From the NCBI RefSeq assembly GCF_009914755.1, contig NC_060930.1: a stretch of 64,000 nucleotides of DNA. One strand, 5' to 3'. Each line of letters begins with the position of its first letter. The stretch's first letter is position 1. The notes under the pieces were generated by a model, which saw only the letters and a list, made by a program, of their open reading frames with translations, ran no database searches and was not told the origin of the DNA. The translations under genes were made by a program, and so were the position numbers. This document shows, piece after piece, positions 27,206-43,054 of this stretch. Source of the stretch: the human T2T-CHM13v2.0 reference genome, Homo sapiens.

Positions 27206-29049
27206 ACATTGGTTATTTTCTATTGCTAACCCTTCGAGTTCACTAATCTCTTCTTCTGCAAGGTCTAATCTGCCATCAATCTTTTCCAGCATAATTTTCA
27301 TCTCAGACACTGTGGTCCTTATCTCTAAAAGTCCCCTTTGGTCTTTTATAAAAAATCTTCCATGTCTCTACTTAAGATGTTCAATCTTTCTTCTAACTTT
27401 TTGAACACTTGGAATATAGTTATAATAACTACTGCAATGTCCTTGTCTGTTAATTCTAACATCTTCTGGTTCAGTTTTTATTGTTATTTATCTTCATTGT
27501 GAGTTATATTTCCTTGCTTCTTTGCATAACTGAACATTTTTGATTGGATGCCAGACAGTGTAAAATTTACCTTGTTAAATGCTGGATATTTTTGTGTTCC
27601 CATAAATAATCTTGAGCTTTGTTCTAAGACACAGTTGAGTTACCTGGAAGCAGTTTGATCCTTTCAGGTTTTGCTTTTGAGATTTGTTAGATAGGAAAAG
27701 CAGCATTTAGTCTAGGGTTCATTACTCCCTACTACTGATTCAAGACACTTCTGAGTACTCTATCTAATGACCCCTGATATATGTGTTTTCTAGTCTGGCT
27801 GGTAGGAAATGATGTTATTCCCAGTTCTCTGAGTTCCCTTTGTTTTGGGTGGCTGTCTCTCCATCCTTGGGTAGTTTTCTTACCTGCATCTGCTGATCAG
27901 TACTCTGCAGAATATTAAAGGGAAACTCTCTGAAGATCTCTGGAGTTCTCTCTCTGCAGCTCTCTCTTCTCTGCTACCTTGCTTTCTGAACTCTATTATC
28001 ATCTTTCCAGACTCTTAGTGCTGTCTCTTCAACTGAAGAGTCAGCCAGCTCTTCCTTGGTTCTTCCTTCCTGTGCCATGGCCTAGAAACTCTCAAAGCAG
28101 TATGCTGAGTTCAGTTTGTTTTCCTTTCCTGGGGATTACTATCTTTTGGTTCCTGATGTCCCATGTCTTAAAAATCATTATTTCATATATTTTATCTGTT
28201 TCTATAGTTGTTTTAGGAGAAAGGGTAAATCTAGAACCTATTACTCCATCTTGGCTGAAAGTAAAAGCCATAGGTTTATTTTTTATGCTACAGCTACTCC
28301 AAACACTTTATAAACAATAACTTATCACAATGCAAACCACATAGTATAAACTTTGCTCTGCTATATATAATGGTTTGTAATACCCAATTACAAAGATGCC
28401 TCTGTGAAGAATTATTAGTTCTTTGGTATTCCAATAAAAGATAAAATATTTGTGAGGTTTGTTATCTGGAATCATTTTTTAAATGGAATTAGAATAGCAT
28501 TCTAAATAACACAATTCAGTTATAATGACCCTAAGCCACGGGGTAAGATCGAGTTCACCTGGCTTCTGTCAATGACTAGGAAATTGCTGCTAAATTCTTT
28601 ATTATCTAGTAAGAAGACAAATATTTTCTATTCTGGCTTCTTATTAGTCCTTCATTTTCGTGGAATGTTTTCAGGATTTTCTTATCTCCCATATAGGGTC
28701 TCAATTCTGATTTGTTTTCTCCATTCTTAGTTTTCAAATTATTATTCTTTCTCCTACCACACTGAGTCTCCTCAATTAGTCTATAGAAATTATTGAGTTA
28801 AAAATCATAATAGCTTGCATGTATAAGGAAACACTCAAAACTTGGTGGAGCATTTAATGTTCTAGGTCACGGATGGTGTGTTCAATTCATAAAAAGTAGG
28901 AGATTTATAAGGGACATCTCATTTTTCCAGTTCATTTATGGGTAATACATATTAATGTGCCTACACCAAGATAGAAGCTTGTGTTGAAAGAAACAAAGCC
29001 ATAAATTCTTTAATGAAACATGAAATGAAAGAAAATAAAAAGAGAAATG

Positions 29050-29240
29050 AAAGTGAAGTGCAGTGGAAACAGGAGTGGACCAGGCATGTTTGGGGCTTTT
29101 GGTTTAGCTCCAGCATTGACCAACTTTGTGGATCTGGACAAACTGCCTAACTGTTTAGGGGCCTGCTTCCATGTTTGTAAAATGAAAAGCATGAACTAGA
29201 AGACCAATAGTGTTCTTCCAGATCTACAATTCTATGAGTC
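29050..29240 (+). mobile_element. MIR (MIR3-like) fragment
   Basis: ctttgtggatctggacaa...gcctgcttccatgtttgtaaaatg...ctacaattctatga. Confidence 0.6.
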
Positions 29241-29937
29241 TATAAAAGAAATATACCTGATTGATCACAAAGAGCGGGATACTGTCTTTTTTAACTGAGA
29301 GAAGCTAGTTTTCTTTGACCTTCTAAAGACCATTTTGTGCCGTTATATTGTTGTTGATGTTGCATGGCTTAACAAAACTGCCCCTGCAGAGCTGGTTACA
29401 GGGAATGGGGTGGACAACAAATATACAAGGAAACCACAGCCTTCTGGGAGAGTAGAAACTAGGACCCAAACCCCTGCTCTTTCTGGGCTCTAAGATGGTT
29501 GAAGTTCTCAAGAGTAGACTCCATATTCTGCTAACAGGGCAGGTTTAGAAAAACAAAGATACAGCAACATAAGCATCCCAAGTTGATGAAATAGGCTGTG
29601 ACAGTCACATAAACATGGGCATCTGCTTTTTGGGCTAAACTTACTTGAGAGCTTTGGAAAACACTGAAAAAGTATTAGTTTTGTTCATCAAATGGTATAA
29701 TCTAAAATATATCACTTTCGTGGAGCTGTTGTTAGACTAACCTGACTGAAGATTTTCTTGAATATATTACATTATTTCTGGATAATAATTCTTTATGCCA
29801 TGTCAGTATTACTTTCTTCCCCTTGGCCTTTACCTACCCCTCCTTGTTGGTTCCTCTTCAAACATAATGGAACATACCTTTCTGCTTTCTTTAAAAATCA
29901 GTCAGCCCTTCTCAACCTCCAATTATCATGGGTGCAT

Positions 29938-30337
29938 TGCTATGGGTTGAATGTTTGTCCCCTATGAAAATCATGTTGAAACTTAATCCCCAATGTGGCA
30001 GCATTAAGACATAGGGCCTTCAAGAGATGATTGGGACATGAAGGCCCTGCCCTCATGGATTAATGAATTAATGGGTTATTGAAGGAGTGCATTAGTTATC
30101 ATGAGAGTGGGTTTGTTACAAAAGTCACTTTGGCCCTCTCTCATGAGCTCCCTCACCATGTGATGCCCTGTGCCACCTTGGGATTCTGCAGACAGTCCTC
30201 ATCAGCAAGAAGGCCCTCACCAGATGCGGCCCCTAGACCTCGAACTTGCCAGCCTCTAGAACTGTAAGAAATAATTTTCTTTATACATTACTCAGTCTTA
30301 GGTATTCAGTTAGAGTATCAGAAAACAGGCTAAGACA
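29938..30337 (+). mobile_element. MaLR solo LTR (MSTD-like)
   Basis: tgctatgggttgaatgtttgtcccc...gaaaacaggctaagaca. Confidence 0.88.
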
Positions 30338-31985
30338 GGTGCTCTTCTATGAACTCCCTCCAATTTGTCTGCTTTTGACTGGCCAATGCCAAACTGAATT
30401 CTGCTTCTCCTGTTTCCACTAGGTTTTCTTTTTTCACTTGCCTTGCTAATATTAAACAACATTCCCCTCCGCCCCCCACTCCTCCATGCAGCAAATCCTG
30501 AAATCTGCAGCAGGACCCATGGGATCTAAGAATGAAATGGTTTATAGTGAGTAACAGAACCCAGAATAGCATGGAGGAGTATGACAGCCAGTCTTTAAGC
30601 ATTAGACAACGTGTTAAAGTATGTAGACATTAGCTGAAATCAGATTGTAAGGAAGCTTTCCAAAGGTTCTGATTTGGGTTTTGGCTGGATCTCATTCTTC
30701 CTTTTGCAGGCCAAAAAACCCAGCTGCACATGTACATACACATATACCCCAATCATCTCATCATATGGTTCAGCAGTAAAAGTAAATCACTATTATTTTA
30801 TCATAGTATATTCATCCCCTTAAGAAGCTACACAGACCACAACTCTTATTACTCGAAGGTATAGTATTAATGAATACAGACTTACTCATTAACTCACTCA
30901 TTGACTCTTCATTCATTATCGGGTCATATTCAGAAATGAAAATGTCTAATAGTTCTGCAGGTAAAAGTATAAAGCAAAAAAGTAAAAAAAAAAAAAAAAA
31001 ACCAACAAAAAAATCACAGTGGGATCTGAAAAGCTGCAATTCACAAAAAAGTAGAATGTTAAGATTTTCAGACAACCTGTCATGTCTAGAGTGCTTCAGA
31101 TGAAAAGAAATGAATATGCCTTGCAGGTAATGAAAAAGACCAAATTATAAACCATTTCACTTGAAATTCAAACTACATTTCTCCCAGAAACAGTGCATTA
31201 AGTAAATACTTCTGTGAATCAAACACTAAATTATTTAGTAATTGCTGAGTAAATTCCTGCTCTTATAAAACATGCTTTTAAAAAAAGTTATTTACTGTAA
31301 AACTGTAAGGGTTAGTTCTTATAAAAGAAAGTTTTCAAGTCTATAGACATTTTAGAGTGCACAGTGCTATAAAAATTACTTACTTATTACTTTTGGATTG
31401 GAAACACTTTCTAATGCATCAAGACTAAAACTTCTTACTTTAAGTGAAAAGCAATCCAATTTCAGTATTTTCTAATGGAAAACTGCAGTGCTTGTCACTT
31501 AATGTCCCTAATGCCTTAGATAGCTAAAGTAAGGGCCCTGACTGACATGGAGCAGCTAAAACGTTTTGTGTTCCTTATTTACTCAAACACTCCATCTGCC
31601 TGCATCCTAGTTAGTGCCAAGGGAACTGAAATTTAAGGCTGTTGTTAGGAGGAAGCACTTGCAATTGTATCATCAAATCCTTAATAGCTCTGAATGGTTC
31701 TCGTAATTCAGTATAAACTTCTATTTTCCTTGACCTTCTAGGGGAAAGTTCAATGTTCAAAAACTGACAATGGTTTTTACTGCACTGCTGAAAAATATAC
31801 CAAAAACTTTAAAAAGGAACAGTTGTAACAAGTCCCAATTTTTTTTGCTAATTTTTGTTATTATTGCTGCTTGTTTATTCTTTCAAATAGGCCAAAATAA
31901 AAAATAACCCAAATTTCCAAAATATCTGGTAATAAACTTGTGGCAACTACTAGCACTTTTCCTATATTTAAATGTAATCGACATC

Positions 31986-32396
<411 letters not shown>

Positions 32397-32869
32397 TTAA
32401 AGATATATAGCCACTAACCTAGAAACAATAAGAAAGTTTGACAATATCAAGTGCATTGATGGTCAGATCAACTTCTTTGGAAAACAGTTTGGCATTATCT
32501 AGCAAAGTTGAAGATATGCATAGATTATGACCGAATAATTCCATGCCTAGGTTATACCCTAGAGATACTCCTGGATATCTGTAACAGAAACTCTGTATAA
32601 AGAGTGTTCACAGAATTGTTCAGAATAACTCCCAACTGGAAACAACATCATGTCTATCCGTAGCAGAATGCAGAAATACACTGAGATATATTTATATATT
32701 CATATAACGGAACAAAGCAAATTAGAGCCACATGCAGCAACGTGGAGGAGTTGCACAAACCTAATGCTGAATACTGAGCTACAGAAACAAGACACAGGAT
32801 AATAACATACAATCTGGTTTCATGTATGTCAAATTCAAAAATGGATAAAAAACATCTAGGGATATATAC

Positions 32870-33630
32870 TGTTATGGAGTGATATGGTTTGGATCTGTGT
32901 CCCTGTCCAAATCTCATGTTCAATTGTAATCCCCGATGCTGGAGGTGGGGCCTGGTGGGAGGTGACTGGATCATAGGGGAGGTTTCTCGTGGTTTAACAC
33001 CATCCCCCTTGGAGCTGTTGCCTCAATAGTGAGTTATCATAAGACGTAGTTGTTTAAAAAGTGTGTGGCACTTTCCCCCTCCTCTCTTCCCTCCTCCTGC
33101 TCTGGCCACATGAAGACGCCTGCTCCAGCTTTGCCTTCCACTGTGATTGTAAGTTTCCTGAGGCCTCCCCACAAGCAGATACCACCATGCTTCCTGTACA
33201 GCCTGCAGAACCATGAACCAATTAAACCTCTTTTCTTTATAAATTACTCAGTCTCAGGTATTTCTTTATAGCAGTGTGAGAACTAACACATGGAGTAAAT
33301 GTGTCCTCTCAAAATTCGTATGTGGAAATCCTAATCCCCAGTATAATGGTATTTGGAGGTGGGGCCTTTGGGAGTGATTGGGTTATAAGGGTAGAGCCCT
33401 CACGAATGGGATTAATGTCCTTATAAGAGAACCCCTCTTACTCTCTTTCTGCCATGTGAGGACACAAGAAGATGGCTGTCTGCAAACCTGGAAGACAGCC
33501 CTTACCAAGAACTGGACAATGCTGGCATCCTGATCTTAGACTTCTAACTTCCGGAACTGTGAGAAATAAATGTTTGTTGTTTGAGCCACCCAGCCTATGG
33601 TACTTTGTTATGGCAGCCTGAATTAAGACA
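32870..33630 (+). mobile_element. MLT1A-like solo LTR (TSD TATAC) interrupted by an MST LTR
   Basis: TG...CA ends; TATAC at 32865-32869 and 33631-33635. Confidence 0.88.
32880..33290 (+). mobile_element. MSTA/MSTB-like solo LTR (TSD TGGAG)
   Basis: tgatatggtttggatctgtgtccc...gaactaacaca; TGGAG at 32875-32879 and 33291-33295. Confidence 0.9.
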
Positions 33631-35478
33631 TATACAAAGGTGGCAAAACTATAAAGAAAAGACTCAGAATAGAGGCTCCATTTAGAGCGAGGCAGTGTTC
33701 ACCAGAAAGGGACACCGTGGGGTTTCAGGGGTGCTGTTGCATGCTCTATTTCTTGACATGAGTGACAGGTAAACATATTCCCACTTTAAGTTATACATTT
33801 GTTTTATGCACTTTTCTACATCTACTATATATATATATATCCCAGCTCCCCCAAATTAAAGACTGTAGGAGAATGTTAACAACTCAAGTATTGAGCACCT
33901 CCTTTAGGTTCTGTGACTTAATCACAAAGGTCCTAGGGTGCGCTTTGGGCTTCAAATGAAAAAAAACACACCCACACCTTAAATCCTACAACTTATGGTC
34001 AGGAAGGTCCTTAAAGGCAATCAAATCTAACCAATTCCAAGTTGTACGTTTTCAGTAATAATCTACAAAAATGGGCCAAATACAGGGATGAGGCCTTTTG
34101 GGAGATGGTAAGAAATCTGAGCCCAGGCCTTTGCTTTGCAGTAAAACTTTTTTCAGAGATCTCGTGTTTTGTCTTCTCTCTTGTTAAAACCAAATCACTT
34201 CATGCACTTCTATTTCCTTATCTATGCAAGGAGGAAATAAACTAGGTGACTTTTTAGTTCTAGTTTCTATGGTTCTATGAAAGTATAGGAACTTTAGGAA
34301 AATCCTGAAACATGAGCTTTTCTAACTGTGGTTCCTGAGAAGACTTTTTAAGGAAGCTAGAGATGCTCAAAAGAACACAACTGGCTGGAAGGGAAAAATG
34401 CCATCACATAACTTTTGAGAGAGATGAAGAAGAGGGGAAGACCCATCCAATAACAGTGTGAACTTTCCCCCTTATAAACAGAGTCAACCCAAAGGATGAA
34501 TCAAAGGTCAACTTTCACACATTAATGGAACACAGTGCCCATCAGTACTGAGCAATAGTTCGGCATTCTCTTTCCATGGCCAAAACAGTGCTCTGGTGTG
34601 CAGGTCAGCGTCTCCCTCAAAAGCCGTCTTAGGTATGTGGCTCTGGAATTAAGCGGGGTGTCCATCCTCTCCTCTTGTCTCCACCCAGCGATGTCAGATG
34701 AGACTACCCCGTTTAGCGGGCCAGAGAGAAGGCTACAACTGGGATTTAACAATAGCATGGTGCATAAACTGTCATCTCAAAAAGGAGATGAAATCAGCGG
34801 GTGAAAGGGAGCCCATGTCAGGCCATCCAAGGGGCATGATTACTGTTAGTGGTGGTTGGTGGTGGTGGGGCAGTGGGTGTGTGGACCAGGGAGAAAATGT
34901 GCAATTTAGCCATGGGCAGATTTGGATATGCAGCTTTGTGATCATCGCACTGGTCTTTTTTATATGTTGATGCTTGCTTTTGCTTCTTTTGTGTAACCCC
35001 CCAGTTAAGAGTAAAGCCAAAGCCTCCATCTATTCTTCTGGGATAGGTCATTTTCTACTCTTGGCAAGCCTTCTTTTCTATATTGTCACTTCCAGTTTGT
35101 CTCTGGTATTACTTCTTTGTGTCTATGTTCTCCATTTATATTCACTTCTCATACATTAATCTCTGCTTCCTATTAGCATGTGCTTCGTGCCTATTAGGAG
35201 TTAGAGGACAGAGAAAAGTCATTTCTTTTCTGCATTTCTCTTTATCAGGGCATCTGTGTGAAATATTCTCTCCCAGTGTCCCCTTCCCTCCCCTTGTAGC
35301 CAGAGAAATATTACCCTAGAGCTTCACGCTGCTAATGTGAGAAGAAATTGTGAACAGTGATTAGGAGGCTAAATGAGGGTGGTGGAACCTATTTACTTCA
35401 TTAAAGTTCCTTCAGGGAAAATACGAGGATGGGAAACTGAGAGATAAGGGTTAATACTAAAAGAATAACAGATCCATT

Positions 35479-35608
35479 TGACTCAGAGCAATCTTCAGTC
35501 TGCCTGGATTCTATCAGACACCCTTCTCCATGGGGAAATCATTACAGAGAAATGACATGCAAAGTGCGCCATAAAGCATCTGAGTCAAACCAGAGGGAGG
35601 ATGACTCA
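35479..35608. promoter_or_regulatory. Cluster of three perfect AP-1 (TGASTCA) sites
   Basis: 35479-35485, 35581-35587 and 35602-35608, in apparently unique DNA. Confidence 0.45.
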
Positions 35609-37344
35609 ACGGATCATTTTACATTTTAATAGAAGGCACTGCAGATTTGTACCTAGTGCACAGTTCAACACAGGGCTCATAACTCCTCCCCAAAACTTCT
35701 TCATCGGGTGGGAGGGGAGTTCCCAGAACCTGACAGAAATTATTCTGTCTTAGAAAAAAACCAAGTCAAAACTCACAACAGAGAATCAAGACTAAGAAAA
35801 GACAACAGATAGTCAAATGCCGAAAAGAGGGGAGACTGCAAGTCTAATTTCAACTTTAGCATTTCTGTCAAACCTAAGACACAGCCTGAAAATTGAGCTC
35901 AGTAATTAGTGGACTTCAGATGTCATAAAGGAGTGGGGAAGATGGAAGGAGGAATGGAGGGAGAGAGAGGAAAGAGGAGAACGCTATCAAAGTGCTATAA
36001 TTAAATAATTGTGTTTCTTAAATTAGTTTTGCAAGATTTTCCAATGATAATTACTGTCAGAAGTTTGCCCACCAGGTCAGTGACAATGCTGGGCTTGAGT
36101 TTCCATGTGAAGTCAAGAAGCAATATATTAGTCATGCCATTGTTCCTAGTATGTTTCCCAGGCCAGGTATTGCTTATAGATGCTAATATGTATAACCTGC
36201 CAAAGTTAGATTCATCTGACCAGGGATTATGATGTTAAGAGACTGGATTGTCAAACCTAACTCCTTCTTGGAATGGGGGTGGGGGTTACCTCCAGACACA
36301 CTTTTGTCTGCCTATACATAAAGAATATCTATAGTTTCACAGCTGTTCATCCGCCTGATCTCTACTGTTGCCTGCCCCAGCTCCTAAGAGGGCACGCGGT
36401 TTACAGGTAGGAAAGGAAACAGAAGTGAATACTGAGGCTTGGCAGAAATACAGCTTTCACAGAAAAGATTCTTAATAAAAGGAAACTTGCTCCTTTCATG
36501 CATGGGGGTCTTTTGGACAAAATGATTCTGTTCTGAAACATCATCTCTGCAGGGATGCAGGCTAGAACGAATGAAGTTTAGATTGCAAGTTGGTTCACCC
36601 GGTAACTAAGAAAATCGAAATTCAAGACCAAAGGCAGGCAGCATCTAATGGGGTGAAAGTCATCTAGCTTGAGGGTCATTCAGGTAGTGTTTTGAGAAAG
36701 GTTTGATTTCCACTGGAGCCTAGGCACACCTGAAACCCACTCCTGTTTTTCCATTTAAAAATGATGAAAACCATGAGGCTAAGACCACTGGTTGGCAGTC
36801 TGTTAAGTCCCATATCAAGTAACAAAAGCATCTGGACCACCTGTCACCAAGCAGGAGGTCAAATGGAACTGGAATGTTAACACGCAGGTCAAATGCCCTT
36901 CAGAGAACACGGGGAAAAGGCAGTGAAAAGGAATGGGAGAAAAAGAATGTGCTTGGAGCTTTCCAAGTCCCTGTCCTGTCCTTGGCAGCTTCTCAGAATG
37001 ACGATTATTGTGACCAAAAGGTAGTGACACACATGCTACATGACACTTAGTATACTGTTTAAGATACAGACGGTCTTATATGCCTATACCACTGCCACTC
37101 ACACACGATTTCACCTCACAGAATATGCTTCAGATAAAGCCAAGTATATTAAGGAAGAGATTTTTTTTTAATTCACTCATTATAAAAAGTCAGAATTGTA
37201 CTGCCATGGGGGCAGACAATACCCCCTCTCCAAACGGTAAGGAATGGGTGCCACAAGGGCTCATTGGCCAGGTGGTACCGGAGAGACACAGTGTTTCGCA
37301 CTTTCTTGACTCTAAAATGCACCTATTTTCCATTTCTCCTTCCA

Positions 37345-37540
37345 TCCTTAGATAGAGGGGCTCCATTTGAATCCCTGCTCTCCTGCTTCCTAGCTGCATG
37401 GCTTTGGCTTTGGGGCCATTGTTAGACTGTGTAATCCTTGGTCTTTCTATGTACAAAATACTTATGTGAGGATTAAACGAGATGAAGCAATAAAGTATTT
37501 AGGATGGTCCTTGTTTTACAGTAAACACAAATAAAAGCTA
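37345..37540 (+). mobile_element. MIR fragment
   Basis: tttgaatccctgctctcc...gtgaggattaaacgagat. Confidence 0.6.
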
Positions 37541-38194
37541 TTCTTATGAAAAGAAAGTTAATTTCTTTGCACATTATATACACTTGTAATTCTACATATG
37601 CTGAAAATTTCTTATATTGAGGCAAATCTGGACTGCATGAAGAATAATGTATATTTTTGTTTGCCAGATTCTCTTGCTTAAACCTGGGGAAGGGCCAATT
37701 TGCTTAATTTCCATCCAAGACCTGCAAGAGAATGATGGGATAGGTGTGCATTCTGGTACTTGCTGGCAACTTCGGCCATGACACTATGTAGACTTCCTTC
37801 TGCAACATCCCTTGATGACTGTGAAGGTCAAATAAGGCAACAGATCTGAGACCTCCCTGAGAAGTGCAGAGTACTCTGCTCGCATCAGGAATTATCCTCA
37901 CCACTATTTGACTAATCCTACACATAATTATATAAAGAATGTCTGCTCTTATGGGCACTTAGCCCTGATATAGTTCACTCTCATGCCAAAAGAAGGCATC
38001 TGGCAGATGGGGGACTTGTATTGATTCTCATCTGATAACATTTCCTAAAAGATTCCATTCCTTCAGATTTGTTAAAAGTGCGTGCTTTGGATACTCTATC
38101 CTCCCATTACGGGCTTTTCCTATTTTCTCTCTCTGCTACCTTTTGCATGTATGTTCTGCCCAAATCAGAATCCTCTTTCATCATGAGGGGCAGG

Positions 38195-38620
38195 ATCCTG
38201 CAGTGGTGACAGGTCAGGCTCTGGGGCCAGCCTGCCTGCATCTGAACCATGACCACAATGCTACCTCAGACAAACCACGTGAGCTCTCTGTAAAGATTTC
38301 TCATCTGTAATCCAGTGGTCACAAGGCGTAAGCAACTTAAAACACAAACGTGGGAAACAGAATGACTCCTGGAGAATAGTAAGCACCCATTAGATACTGC
38401 ATACAAAGATGGTCTACAGAGGCAAGGTAGTGCAGTGGTTGTGGATGGAGGCTCTGGTGCCAGCCTACCTGGCTTTGAATTCTGACTCTGTCATTCACTA
38501 GCTGCAAAACCTTGCACAAGACACTTAACTTTTCCGTGCCTCAGTTTCCTGATCTGTACTAAAAGTACCTGATAAAGGGCACCTATCTCATAGAACTGTG
38601 AGGATTAAAATATTTTACGT
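38195..38620 (+). mobile_element. Two adjacent MIR elements
   Basis: ggctctggtgccagcctacctggctttgaattctgactct...gcctcagtttcctgatctgt...gtgaggattaaa. Confidence 0.75.
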
Positions 38621-39064
38621 GTTTGTTTGTTCATTAATTCACCAATTTAACATATAGTAACTGGTCCATCAAATTAGCTCCTCTTTTCCAACCATGCCAA
38701 TTTTCCCCATTCACGTTTCATTTCCAGTTTGACAATGGCTTGCCTTTTCTTCACGTGAGTATTTCCTGCTTTTGGCCCTGCCCACCTAACACCCAGACTC
38801 TCCCGGCCTGCTTCCTATCTCTGGAAATAACAATAGTTCTCTAACTGCATAGATTTAGGGTAACCACAGCAGGTTCAGCGATCTGCATTTTAACCCCATG
38901 ACAGCTGATTTCAAACAACCCTACAAACTAAGACTCCCCGCCCTGCCATTCCAAGAACGAGGGGACTTGGGCAATTTATTTAAGTCCTTAGAGTCTCCTT
39001 ATGTGTGAAATGAAGATAAAGACTGTCTCCCGAGAGACTGTTAGGAGATGTAAATGTGATGGCT

Positions 39065-39350
39065 CAATCCCTGGCCTCCTCAGGTCTCTGTGCAGACATC
39101 ACATTCTCAGTGAGGCCTCCCTAACCACCCTGCTCCATTTAAACCACAACCCCAGCCTCCCACCTCACTCTCCGTCCTCCCTCCCTGTTTATGTTTCTTT
39201 ATAACGTTTTCACATCTCACACACACTATATTTTACTCATATTTTGTTAATGACCTATTTTTCTATTGAGGGCAGGAATTTTTACCTGTTTTGCTCACCA
39301 TTGAAGCCGCAGAACTTCAAAGTGCTACACTCAATACATACTTAATAAGA
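39065..39350 (+). mobile_element. L2 3' fragment
   Basis: ctcctcaggtctctg...tcagtgaggcctccctaaccacc...gagggcaggaattttt. Confidence 0.65.
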
Positions 39351-39965
39351 AAGTGACTAAAAAAGACTTTTCCTAATCCCAACAGGTCCATATGTCACTT
39401 CTGTTTCTGCTGAGGTCTCCTTCCAGCCTGTTTCTTCACACATATCCCTACGCTCTCCAGAGCTGCTTGTCTTTTCTGGGCCTCAAGGTCGCCTTGCCTA
39501 TCCATTTATCCACAGAAAACTTACTCCATTCTAAGCAATGCGACCGTTAGAGAAAACTAATGATATAACCTCCAAGACACACAGCCAAGATAATGGGATG
39601 GTACAAAAGCAAAAGAAAGGCTTAGATTGACACAGTGAAGGAAAAGCTCCCATTTGCAGAGATGCTGAGTAGAAGGTCTTGAGTGTGCTTTATTTCTGAA
39701 GCTCTCTGTGCTCAAATACTCACAAATCCAGAAACACATTGCCCATTGGCTCTATACAATGTGGATCCTTGCAGAGTAGAATTAGGCTGTTCTCTCCTGG
39801 TAAAAGCTTGTGTGCTCTTGCTTCTAAGAGATGGCTCTGATCCCACCCCCTTATGTCCACGGCCTATCTCAAACTGCCAAACAGAGGACCAATTATGCCC
39901 TTCCTTTCCGCAGCCCTCAGGAAAACAGCCAGCACACAGGACCCTCAATGGCACCCTCAGGATGA

Positions 39966-43054
<3,089 letters not shown>

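Larger units (their letters stand above)
32440..33825 (+). mobile_element. Old L1ME-like 3' fragment hosting nested LTRs
   Basis: ctttggaaaacagtttggcattatct..aaagttgaagat...aactggaaacaac; resumes after 33635. Confidence 0.7.
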
